64,000 bases of DNA, from positions 9,449,846-9,513,845 of the forward strand of contig CM082577.2 of assembly GCA_040954595.2 (NCBI GenBank), given 5' to 3'. Made by a program: the position numbers and the translations under genes. The notes beneath the pieces were generated by a model. The model worked only from the letters and a program-made list of their open reading frames with translations. It ran no database searches and had not been told where the DNA came from. Source of the DNA: Balanoglossus misakiensis (lineage: Eukaryota; Animalia; Hemichordata). This document shows, piece after piece, positions 11,201 through 23,920 of this stretch. Each line of letters starts with the position of its first letter. The first letter of the stretch is position 1.

Positions 11201-14200
11201 CGTTGTTGGATCTCGCTGTGTTCTCGCCCTGCCCTGCCAGAAGACTGTAACGTCATCGGTCATATAATTAATGATCCGTACCAGAAATTATGTCGTCAAA
11301 CATGTTTGCGTAATTCGCCATAAACAAATTAACGCAGACAGTTAAGTAAGCAAACACATCAAACTAAGTCAAAACAAAAACAAATACACACAGTCAGTCA
11401 ATTAGTCTGTCAGTCTGACAGCCAGTCAGGCAGCAACTCACTCACTCACTCACTCACTCACTCACTCACTCACTCACTCACTCACTCACTCACTCACTCA
11501 CTCACTCACTCACTCACTCACTCACTCACTCACTCACTCACTCACCTGTCAGCGCGAAATTTTGCGGGGAACCTGGGCGCTTTTGGTAATGATAAAACAA
11601 CTGGGTCGAATAGACGTAGGGAAAAAGGCCTATCTTGATGAGCCTGAGAGAGCTTTTATATGGGAGAGATTTAATTTCTCTGCCGGCGGCGAAAAAGTTA
11701 ATCGATGGCACGATGGGGCAACGCGGTGTCTTGGTTATAACACGAATGTCTACAGCGCACACCAAGGTTTACTTTTCCGTAACTTGCGCACGTTGATGAG
11801 TTTATCGAAACATTTTAACCCTTGGTCGAAGTTCTGAATATGTTGGTTTTGGGCGGGAACCCAATATAACGAATTTAGATTAGAGGCATATTCCATGTAT
11901 GCCTGAGAAACGACCCTCCCCATACTGTACAATTTCTCAAATATGCTGATGAGTTTCAGGTGTGTTTATAATGCGAGCATGCTGATGGACAACTTCCTTA
12001 ATCGATCACGACGTTTTTTAGTCCCGGGGGCGATATTTACTCTCAAATTCCCTTTTGTCGAAATAAAAAAATGAATTGAAACTGTTTTCAGAGGAAGTCA
12101 AATACACCGGATATCACCCGCCCATCTATTTATACCCCTCGCTGAAAAACAAACTCAACATACGTTTGTGTATATCTGTCACCGGTTCCACCATCGATAT
12201 ATTCTGGCAACGCCCAGTATTTTATTGCGTTTACGCGTTCACTACCTCTATGTAAATAAAACCCGCACATAGTGCGCTACATTAACACGATTGCATGATA
12301 ATACATGCGTCTTACTCCCACGGTTTTGCTGTGTTCGTACTTTCAATATAATAGCACCTTGGCAGTTTGGCGAGTACATGTAACCTTCAATCGAAAAAGT
12401 CACAGATAGAAAAGTTTATTCTGCAAAACTCCGTAAATTCACACACAATTTCCCCCTTCATCGGTCGAAAAATAAAACAATCATTCGTCCAATCCGTTCT
12501 TTTATTTGCCCTTGAAACGCTCAGAGTCTAAATTTTCGATTTCATCACTATAATGTGAATAAACTTTCTATTTATAATTATGCATTCCGAGATCGTGTAT
12601 AGCCACTTTACCGATCTATAACGTAAACTTGCTCCCGAATTGACAATTTTGTACGTTGCGTGTTTAGTCTACCGGGTAGAATGCATATTGCTATAAATTA
12701 ACTGTTGACATATTCGTCAAAAATAATTCCGAACGTAGACGACCTTGAAAATTTCCAATAATTCATGGAACTGTCGTTGTTCGCGAGACCTGCTTGTTGA
12801 CGAATTATTCTTTGTTAGGTCTGGGCTGTAACGCCGCGTCTATTTTGTTCGCTTCCTAGTTCCAAATTGTCTGGCCTCAATGTCATACGCGAATTCCCCT
12901 AGATTTAATATCGCAGTCCCATACTCAGTTATCACAGTAATACTTGCATCGAATTTAAGTTTTCTTTTGAGTATCGGTGTCACCGTTACAACACAGGCTT
13001 CCAAAACCCCTCATGGCCAATCGATTGTTCTCACAACAAACCGAGCCAGTGGGATAAGGTGATGATGTGCGGAAAACAGTAACATTATTTGTTTGAAGCG
13101 TTGCCAAGACCGCCGGTAGAGTTGTTTTGATCCCTCTGTCGGGTGCAAAAACCTTGGTGGAAGCTGAATCCTTTTTCTCTCCGTGGGAATTGCCTCCAGC
13201 CATGTGGAAAGTGGTTAATATGGTCCTTCCCCTTGCCGTTGGGTTGAGGGCGGGAGAATTCTTATTAGGGCTCGATGTTTGACCATTCACAATTTTCAAA
13301 GCAAAGCCTGTAGAACAAATCGGTATACCCTCCCCTTGCCGTTGGGTTGAGGGCGGGAAAATGCTTGTTAGGGCTGGGTGTTGGACCGTTCACAATTCTC
13401 AAACCAAAGCCTGTAGAACAAACTTATTTTCACAGCAGACTTACTCGCACACATTTTTCCAGCGGAAGTTTCAACAAGGGATATCATCGAGTTTCACTAA
13501 AAGCCTTTTATACCAATATTTTGTGTCCTGTTGGATATTGGATTCCGATCCTACGTACCTCCGTATTTTTTTCTGAAGATTAATGATAACTTAGTAAACT
13601 CTACTCTTCCGGTGTATTCACAACCAGTATCGTGGCACAGGGGAACAGGGTCGGGTCGGTTGCCAAAGGTCAAGATCCGATGTCAGGAACTATGTCAGTT
13701 TGGCGATAATTCGACATATGATGTTTCAATCCGCTCGAGTTCCGTTATCTCCACGTCGATTGGTATCACATAATTGCTACCATGCATGCTGTATTATTTA
13801 TTGTGTTCAAATTGGTACATGTACCTTTAAAGGGACGAAAGCTGTAATTTTCGATGATTAATGTAAAAACTATATGTGTACCTAGTGTCTGGCTACTAAC
13901 TCCTACCTATTGTGGCTTGTTGAACCATAGACATACTGTCTATGGTTGAACACAGCCTACATTCGCGTACTGAGCATTCTTGTTAAAGTTAAGGCCGGTC
14001 TAAAATTCAAATATCCATTCGATAAAACATGATAATTTCGCCTAAAAGCTAAATGCACTCGAAATCAAAATGTTGAACAGGCGGGACACAGCTGTGATAA
14101 TATGTCGGACAAACGTATGTTGACAAACGTTCGGTGAGGGATCACGTCAGCGCACGGTGGCAAAATTTTCGTTCTCCATCCACATTAGCCACGTACCTGA

Positions 14201-14532
14201 TCCGTGAGTTATGCACGTACGTGAAGTTGGACCAACACCCGATCATGGCAGGTCAGCTCCCTAGCGGCGTTGGATGCAGTTTCAGGCGTGTTAAGTGAAT
14301 TTCGCCAGACGGTCTACGTCTGCTGGTGGTTTTCATGTGGCGTGCCTTTGGGTGTATTTAGGGTCTCTCGGTGCAATAACTTATTTTTCCATTCACCGGG
14401 TGCCTTGGGGTCGCTTTGCTTGTTATTGCTGATAGAAATATACAGCTTGTATCTTTTCTGAATCAAATAATAACGTACTAACATTACCCTTTCCGGCGAG
14501 GTTCACTGAGAGACATGTTTTGGAAATGAACT

Positions 14533-14577
<45 letters not shown>

Positions 14578-14600
14578 CCACCACCACCACCACCACCACC

Positions 14601-14645
<45 letters not shown>

Positions 14646-17600
14646 AACAACAACAGCAACAACAACAACAGCAACAACAACAGCAACAAGACTCCTATAA
14701 TCGGTCCAGTGTTTGTAAAACTGAATATAGTTCGCTCTGTCTGGTTCGGGACTATACATTTTGTACATGCATGTAGGTTCGATGACATGTCCTTCACTTC
14801 ACGTTTATTTTTTCTCGATTCCCGCCAATCTCTGTGGGACAAAATTTCGTTCACACGTGATACTGACTTTGACACAGAAAAAAAATGTCTGACGCTTCCG
14901 AAGCAACTCTTTCACGCCGTGCCAATCCTAATTATCCACGGTGCCTAACATAACACAATCCTTCAGAGGTTACATTTGTCATGCTTGACCTGTCGTGTCG
15001 AGGAATGGTGTCTGCTGCGTGTGTTTACGCTGTCCTGGTGTGTTATTTTTTTCTTTCAGCGACCTTGGTCGCGCTGCTATGACTCAAGATTGCACTGTAT
15101 GTCAGCTACAAATGGCCTCGGTGACACAATAGCCGTGACTTTCAGATGCACTTTTTTTGATAACCATTAACAGTAATTGTAAAAGTGACATAAAAGAACC
15201 TGCGTGCGCAGCGTTACAGACAGAGAAGAATTTGCCCAAGGCCAAAATATATAGGGATTAACCCAGACGATAAAACGAACTACCCGCAATGATGTATGTA
15301 GCCGCCATGCGCGTTGACACCACATCCGAGGCCTTAACATTAGGACGAAGCCATGTGACATGTGACATACGTACGCCAGTGACGCGACCACCCCCCAAAC
15401 AAATCCAGATAAACTCGCTTGACCACACGAAACCAGAAGACACCGTAATGCAATAACAGTACAGTAATAATTGTTTTCCGTGATCAGGACAGTAAATATT
15501 AAAGCTAGGGCGATATGAAAGGATATGTTCACGAGAAATGATGTTATTAAAACTTCGCACAATCTATGTCTGCATCATAATCCGGTGCATCCAACCTAAC
15601 CACTTGCACAGGATTCAAAATGGCGGAAAAAAATTCTCGCAAGCTGTTAGTGTACGACCTTGCTTCAACAAGGCATGGTCGGTCCTGCTATAAATAGGGT
15701 ACATCGACATACCACGAGTCTCATGAACCTTGTACTCTTTTACGTTAGGGTCCTCCGTCTTTTGGGCATAGCAGAAATCACCGTGATTTACCACCTGATT
15801 GTAAGCCACATGAAAAAAAGCAAGGATGTAGGGCCTGTGGGGTAACGCCATGATTTGGCAGAGTATCAAGAGCCATACAAATACTTTACAGTATATTCTT
15901 TCCTGATTGTTTTGCCACGTCAGGATCCGCTCGGACGCATCAGTGATGGTTTATGCGTCTGAAAAGACATAAAATCGCTAACCTTCAATATATAGATTTG
16001 GTTGATCGTTTCTCAAATTATTTTATCGGGCTAAAATAACTAACTTCTTGATCTTCTGCTCTTGTGCGTTAACGAAGGAATCCCAGGAAAAACACTCCAC
16101 AGATACTGAAATTTGTCAAAACCGAAACATCGAAGTTCAAACTTTAGGTGTGCGCCAAATAGTTTGAAATCAATGCACAATCCTTAGCAGAATGTTTGTA
16201 TATGCCAACCAGCGCATATTACTTGAGGTTGATATGGGCAATGGATTTAGTTAGCATTGCTCGATATCATACGCAGAAGTCTTCTTCTAATCTTCGGCAT
16301 TCTCGTTTGTTGTTACAGAGGCGTACACAGACTGGTGTCCCGGCGGTTGCTGTGACTGTCCACCGATTGAACCGCCACCATGCTTCTGTGCCGAGCCACC
16401 ATGTCTGCCCTGTGAAGAGTTTCCCATACCGCAACCAGGTAAGAGGATAGCGTTCTGCTGATGTCACATCGTTCGATAAACGGTTAATGGCACCTGATCA
16501 CATTTATCATATCTAGGGATGTACCCTTTGGATCTAGGCCTACAGCCAGAAAAACGGATTGCTGTCCAATGCGGGACAGAAGAAAACATATTGTAGAAGG
16601 GATAGATTATAATTTTATTATCTGTTGCATGTTTATCATACCACAGACAAAGAGAAAAACATCACACGAAAACAGGGACACGTGTATCATTGATAACATC
16701 TACGGTCGAGGTTTAGCCCACTTAGTAAGGCGTGCTTCATCATGAGACAGGTTCTCCTGGCGCGGCCTTGTAGAGCTATCATTTCCGAAAGAATGATCTT
16801 TGACCTGCAGAACATAGACTTTAGCGTTGGGCAAAATGCCACCGGCCATCGACATATCCGTTGCGCGGATAACCTGGGTAAACAGCGGCTTCCGATTATT
16901 GACCATTGTTTCGTCGACAGATGATCTGAACGACCGCGTTCTTGATAAAAGTATTTCCGATCTGCGGAAACAAGCATCATCAACGCAGGGCAGGGTCCTG
17001 AAGATCAATGACCGATAAAATACGATTCTGTGTCAAATATTGTCCTTCTTTAGTCTTGTCTAGTTTGTCTCAAAATGTTGTCAAGTTGTGCTGCTGTGGG
17101 GACTGTAGATCGTGATTATCAAAATAGCAATCACTGATCAACCTGCTCATGTTTTCTTGTCACGAAAATATCACTACACTTTATTTGGTTTAATCTCATG
17201 CAATGTTTGCGACAATTTCGGAGGACATTCATTAACACATTGCGTAAACATGATCCAATCTTTCATTGAGAACATTTAAGGCCCAATTTATTTATTATTT
17301 ATTAATTAATTAATGTATTTATTTACATGTGTTTAGTAATAGACAACATACCACCGGTTTTCCATGGCTGTCCTGTCGACATGCAACGAACACTTCCAGC
17401 TCAACAAGAGACAATATCTGTTTGCTGGCGCGAACCGTGGGCAAGCGACAACAGGGGACCACTACACATACAGTAAGGGTGTCCACAAAAGAGTACATGT
17501 ATTTCACTCTGGTGTTGTTCTAATGGTTTACGGACCAAAAAGGATTAAAGTCGTTAAATTCTGTGTTATTTTGATTATTTGGGTTTTGCTGGGTGACTCT

Positions 17601-20600
17601 TAGTACCCAGAGTTCATCAGAATTGTACCAACAGCTGCAGAGAGAGAGAGGGGGAGGGAGAGAGAGGGAGGGGAGAGAGAGGGGGGAGGGGGGAGAGAGA
17701 GGTGACCATTTTGAAATTGTTATACGCCGCTTGTAGTTATGTGAAGACTGGTACGAATTCGAAACACGTGAAGAAGTCGACACTTCACCGACAGACAGAC
17801 AGACATCGGCGAGATGACGCTATGATCATCGCTGATGCCAGTCCAACTGAAACCATCCAAAGCGATCGATGTTTAAACAATTGTTTTCTGGTCTTTTCTT
17901 CACTCAGGCCAACGCGTCAAGGTCCGAAACCATGTTCAGAATTCCGCGAGGGAACTCACACGATCACGTATACCGCGAATGATTTCGCGGGGAACAACGC
18001 ACAGTGTCAGTTTACGATAACTGTTCATGGTGAGCATATTGCTTGTTTCTCCATTTTGCTATCCATCGGGTGAACACCAAGTTCTCATGTCTACAGTACT
18101 ATTTCCAAAATCCTTTGTTTGTCTGCCTGAATTGCCCAATGCATTTATCTCAAATGTTTTCTCTCTGCCATTTTCTTCTGGGTGTGGCAATATATTTCAT
18201 TCGAATGAATGTTTCAGTAGAGACCTAGCTCAAACTTAGTTTCCTAATAGGTCACTGTGACCGTCATCGTCACCACGTTAAAAAAGCAATGCTTAGACCA
18301 GCACTGCCTCGTACAACGAAGCCTGTCATTGCAAATGTTCTATTCGCGAAATCTGTTGCGTTTGCTCCGTCGAGAAAACAATGTTTTTGTCTGCACAGAG
18401 TGCCACTGATTCGCCTTCTTACGCCATCCCAGAGTAATGTACATGTGTACTTTATTTCCATCTTTCAACAGCCATCGTTTGCAGCAAGCTCTTGGCGCCC
18501 CCCAACGCCCGAATCACCTGCAGCCGCGAGAACCGCCAGGGATCGGTGTGTCAGTACTACTGTGATTCGCACTACTCCCTGGTGACGGGTTCAAAGCAAC
18601 GCGTTTGCGGCGCCGACGGGGAGTGGTCTGGCACACAGGCGACTTGTGAAAGTAAGTCACCGTGATCAATACTTCATTACATCTTTTATAGTTTTAATTA
18701 ACCCTGCTTCTGAATTTGTTTTAAGATTCACGACGTAAATGTGTGTCCCTCTATCACCCGGTGCATGTTATCACTTTGGAGAACCCTTAGACTGAGAGAT
18801 TCAGTCGTGTGCGGGCGCGCGCCCCGACAATTCCTAGTCCCTTGGAAAGGGTCTCAGACGGCGAGCCGGAGCGCCCGCACAGGACTGAATCTTCCAGTCT
18901 AAAAAAAAACTTGCATTTTTAGAAATAACCTACCGAAAAACTGTTTCTATTTTCACCATGATAAAAGAAAGATAAAATCAACTATATTCGCCATGCGTTT
19001 TGATGTTAAAACTCACAGCCCGTCTTATTTCGCCGGGCCATAACGAACAATCCCTGCCCTGATTTCAGTTCGCCGCTGTGAAGTTCTGATGACGCCAACG
19101 AACGGCTACCTGCGCTGTCGAGGGGGCGATGTTCCCGGTTCGACTTGCACTTATCACTGTAGTCATGGTTACCACATCGCGTCGGGACATGAGGTAAGAA
19201 GGTGCCGAGCCGACGGACATTGGTCCGGGGAAGAAGCCCGCTGCGAAGGTGAGGAAACAAATACCTGTGTGCCTGAGTGTCTTCCTACACGAACCAAGCA
19301 CGTCTAACTCTGGCATAAATACTTTAAAGGCACACAATCGCTCTTTTTTACCGTTTTGGTGATATCAAGAATACATGGAATACTTGCATAAAGTCTGTCA
19401 AGGTTCGTGACTTATAAAGTGTAAAACATTTACCCCGTTTTGCTGTATGTAAAGAAATACTTTGTTAGTGACCTCTAGAAAAAACTGGCTACTCTCTATA
19501 CCAACTTCAACTTGGCTTCCCCATCACGGGTATGTATATATTCCTTTAACCTGTACCACCTTTTTTTAACGTTGACAGCTAGACGGTGTTCAGAGCTGTC
19601 GGCCCCAGCCAACGGTTATGTGAGTTGTACCGGTACCAGGCCCCGGTCAGTGTGCCACTACCGATGCGACGTGGGGTACCACATCGAGGTTGGCTCAACG
19701 TCGCGAACTTGCAGCAGTGAAGGCGAATGGTCTGGAGCTCCCGCTATATGTCTGAGTAAGCAATTCTGTACCAGTAGACATGGCTTAGTGTGATCATTTT
19801 CTTGGGCTTTTCCTCGATCCACTCACCCGCCTTGCCAGGAGGCCATTAAAAGAAAACAAGGTGGCCAAAATCAGAAGGGAATTTTAGGGTACCTCTTACA
19901 CGTTGAATATTTTGTCTTGTACTGTCTGCGACTCTGTAGATTGATAACGTTTTACAAGTACACAGTCCAATCACTGGTCACAGACTTTGTAGCGAGAATG
20001 CTAAAACCTTCACAAAATAATTCATGCGTCATGTTTCTTCACGTACAGGAAGAGTGGTCAATTGCTCGCCACTGTCAGCTCCCCACTATGGTCGTATATC
20101 CTGTCAGGGCGACAACCAACCGGGTTCCTGGTGTCAATATTCGTGTGATCACGGTTACCTGCTGGAAGGAGATAGAAGTCGTATCTGTGAAGACAACGGC
20201 AGATGGACTGGCCGGGAGCCGTCGTGTTATCGTAAGCAGCGATTATCGATTACAGAATACTGGATGGATTGGATGGATGGATGGATGGATGGATGGATGG
20301 ATGGATGAATGAATGAATGAATGAATGAATGAATGAATGAATGAATGAATGAATGAATGAATGAATGAATGAATGAATGAACAGTATATAACTTTTAACA
20401 AGAAAGAGAGTTCGTTTAGAGAACCAGACGTTCAGTGGACGTGTTCATTCTTACAATAATGTTGAATGCTTTGCCTTGAAAGAGACTCACTATGTAAACT
20501 CAATGACACTCGATCTCTCTTGAATTCAAAGAGATTTCATGTAGGTGCGAACGAAAAGGGTCTCCCGGGTGTGTACTTCACCACGCAACTAACCCACTCA

Positions 20601-23600
20601 CAAACTTATCTCTTAAATACGAGGACATCACGCAGCATTTTAATAATATTCCTTGCAGCTAAATCCTGCCAGGTGTTGCCTCACCCGGCCAACGGGCGCG
20701 TGTCGTGCGACGCCCACACACCGGGCTCAACGTGTCGCTACTCCTGTAACAGCGGCTATGCCATCGACCAGGGCTCCGACTACCGGACCTGCCAACAGAC
20801 GGGAGTCTGGTCGGGAACAGAGGCAGTGTGCGTGCGTAAGTACCCGAGCAACACAACGCATTTATTTCGTTCCCAAAGTCAATTGATATTTCTGTTGAGT
20901 AAACCGATCATCATAGCTGTCTCACACACCGTTATGTTATACGAACAATTTGTGTCTCTTCTACATACATGTAGCTGTTTTTTTTAGAGAATGTTGCTCT
21001 TTTACTCATTTGTATTGCCGACCACATTACTCATCTTGCCAAAAATTGTATGACGAGGAACTGAATAACAAAAGTCAGGGCCACCCTTTGAACGACTCCA
21101 TGGTCTTCTTTCAGCGGCCAGCTGTTCACCGCTGCCCCCGCCTCCGAACGGAGAAGTGAACTGCGAGGGCAACTCCTACGGCTCCCGGTGTCAGTACCGG
21201 TGCAATGCGGGTTACTCCATCGGCAGTGGATCGTCCACCAGGACCTGTGAATCTGGCGGGCGCTGGTCTGGCTCCGAAGTGACATGTGTCGGTAAGAACC
21301 CACGAAAGGGCTGGAGAGGGCACATTTGGCTCTCCAGAGGGGCCGTCAATGATCTTTGGCTTGCACTTATCTTTTACGTACCACAAGCTTCCTTGAATTG
21401 GCCATTGTAGGAGTGACTACGGTGAATACTAATGCAGTACAGTTACTTATCATATATTGATTCACTCCATGGAGACCTTTTTTACATATCTAAAATCAAG
21501 TAATATTTAATAAAATTCAGCAAGGTACACATGACCAGACAGACTGCCATTATTCCAGAATAGTTGCTCTGTTTTGAAAGATGCCTTTATTTATTATTTT
21601 GTGTTTGCATAGTGGACGGTTGCTCACCACTCAGAGATATTCGCAATGGCTACATCCAGTGTCAGGGCAACAATGAGGTGGGTACGAGGTGCGCCTACTA
21701 CTGTGACGAGGGCTATTCCCTGGGCCTTGGATCCCAGTACCGGGATTGTCGTCCTTCTGGTAGATATGGCGACAGGGCCGAGTGGTCGGGAGAGGAACCC
21801 GTGTGTCAAGGTAAGACGCTAAAATGATGTGCAACCACCCAATGAGAGAATATTTTTTACAGAATACTTTGATCGTTTGTGACGGGCAGCGCTCCGTCTT
21901 ATTTTCTGTGCCAAAAACTAATGTGTGTTTTTAATGCTCTGCATATCTTTAGTGTTTTTATACTTGGAACCCGGCGTTCAGAACGGACGATACACCCTTT
22001 TCATTCATAAGTATAGCGCCCTCACGCAGCCATCTTGAATTTGAACTCAAAGCGAGGCCAATGGGGGAAAGTTGACCAATCACATCAAAGGATATCCCGA
22101 TTGGCCTCACTTTGAGTTCAAATCCATGAGGGCGCTAGACCAGTACTTACGAAAAGTTCAACAACATCAACCTGCATATAAAAAAGAAAATAATTTCTTA
22201 CATGAATATTGTGTCCACATTCTCTTTCCCACTGCAGATGAAAGATGTGAGCGTCTTGATGATCCACCCCATGGTTACGTCCAGTGCAATGGTAATAACG
22301 ATGTGGGTACCAGGTGCACTTACTACTGCAACGAAGGTTACTCTCTGATCCTGGGGTCGCAGTATCGTGACTGCCGGTCGGACAGCCGCACCGGCAGGGC
22401 AAGTTGGACGGGGACGGACCCAGTCTGCCAGGGTAATTAACGCTTTCTTCCAGAATAGAACGCTCTCGTTACCGAGCGTTGAAAATGAAAATCGTTCTCC
22501 AAGTGAATGACCGCTAATGAATGAATGAATGAATGAATGAATGAATGTATGTATGTATGTATGTATGTACATGTATGTATGTATGTATGTATGTATGTAT
22601 GTATGTATGTATGTATGTATGTATGTATGTATGTATGTATGTATGTATGTATGTATGTATGTATGTATGTTTGTTTGTTTGTTTGTTTGTTTGTTTGTTT
22701 GTTTGTTTGTTTGTTTGTGCGTTTTGCCTAAGTGAATATTTACCGGCAATTTCTTTTATTTTCGTCGATCTATCTGATTTAGTGAGTGAGAAAAAGCTGC
22801 CTTGTCCCACGATACAAGGCCTACAGAACGCTGTACAGATATGCAGTAGTCAAACCATGGATCCTGGTGTATACTGTGATTTCGTCTGTAAGTCTGGCTA
22901 CTCGTACGTCAGAGGAAACAAACGAATTATCTGTCGCAATAATGGGAGATGGAGCGCCGACGTTGATATCGTCTGTGAAGGTACACGTTATTCATATTTT
23001 GTGTCCATTTGGACAGCTGTATCTGGGAATACACAATATACAATGTACATGCATTGCAGGCAGGGGTTTCCAGACGTTGCAGCACCAAGATGATTTTGAA
23101 CTCATTTTGGCACGGTTTGTCTCTAAAGATGTTTCAGCGGGAATATTTTAGAGTAACTGTTCAAGAATTATTCATTAGCATACAATTACCGTACTAGCTA
23201 GGCCCTATATATTGTAGTATATAATGTTTGCGTCATGGGGCAACGCAAGATTTGACAACTTTCTAACGTAGACTCCTTGGAGTTCACAAAAGGCATTGTA
23301 TCAACGTGAGGTTTGCCGAACCAATTTGTTGAACAACATAAAATAGTCTATTTTCCTTCCTCTCGCTCCCCTCTCTTTCCGTCTCACCCATATTCACACA
23401 AACCACAACCACCACAGAAGAAACATGCGACGCCCTGCCTTCGCACATTTCGCACGGTCAGCTCGCGTGTCCCAGGATGTCCAATGACCGGGCGTTTCCA
23501 ATCAGGACCCGTTGCGAATACCGGTGCGACCACGGCTACTCACTGAAGCCGGATCCCACCTCGACTGTCAGGATCTGTGGACCTGGCGGGGAGTGGTCGG

Positions 23601-23887
23601 GGCAGAGGGGGTATTGTGGTGAGTGGCAGCATATATATAGTGAACGGGAGTTAGTCTTCGAGTTCAAACTGAATACCGACAGTAGTAGAGATATCCACCC
23701 ACGTTCATGAAAAAAAAATAGCTGAAGCGTACACGTCGACATGACATGAAGGAAAGAGACGTGCGGCTCATTTTAGAACATTCCGCCTATGTTTTCAAGT
23801 GTTGGCTACACACCCGGTTATATTTAGTTTACGTGCAGTTACGGTACGGTTCAAATTTTAAGAAAATGCGGTTCAAATTTTAAGAAT

Positions 23888-23920
<33 letters not shown>

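Noticed and set aside
14484-14875. ORFs with poly-V/G/D or poly-L/V/M tracts, one containing a WTDY motif
   Set aside because: They are produced by the compound trinucleotide microsatellite and lack a convincing acceptor or partner exons.
15713-15794. Minus-strand exon-like segment (VVNHGDFCYAQKTEDPNVKEYKVHETR) with plausible AG/GT ends
   Set aside because: It could not be linked to other exons or to a recognisable domain.
22198-22810. ORFs of YIHT/MYVC/TNKQ repeats (similar ones at 39367-39768 and 58130-58369)
   Set aside because: They are translations of tetranucleotide microsatellites.
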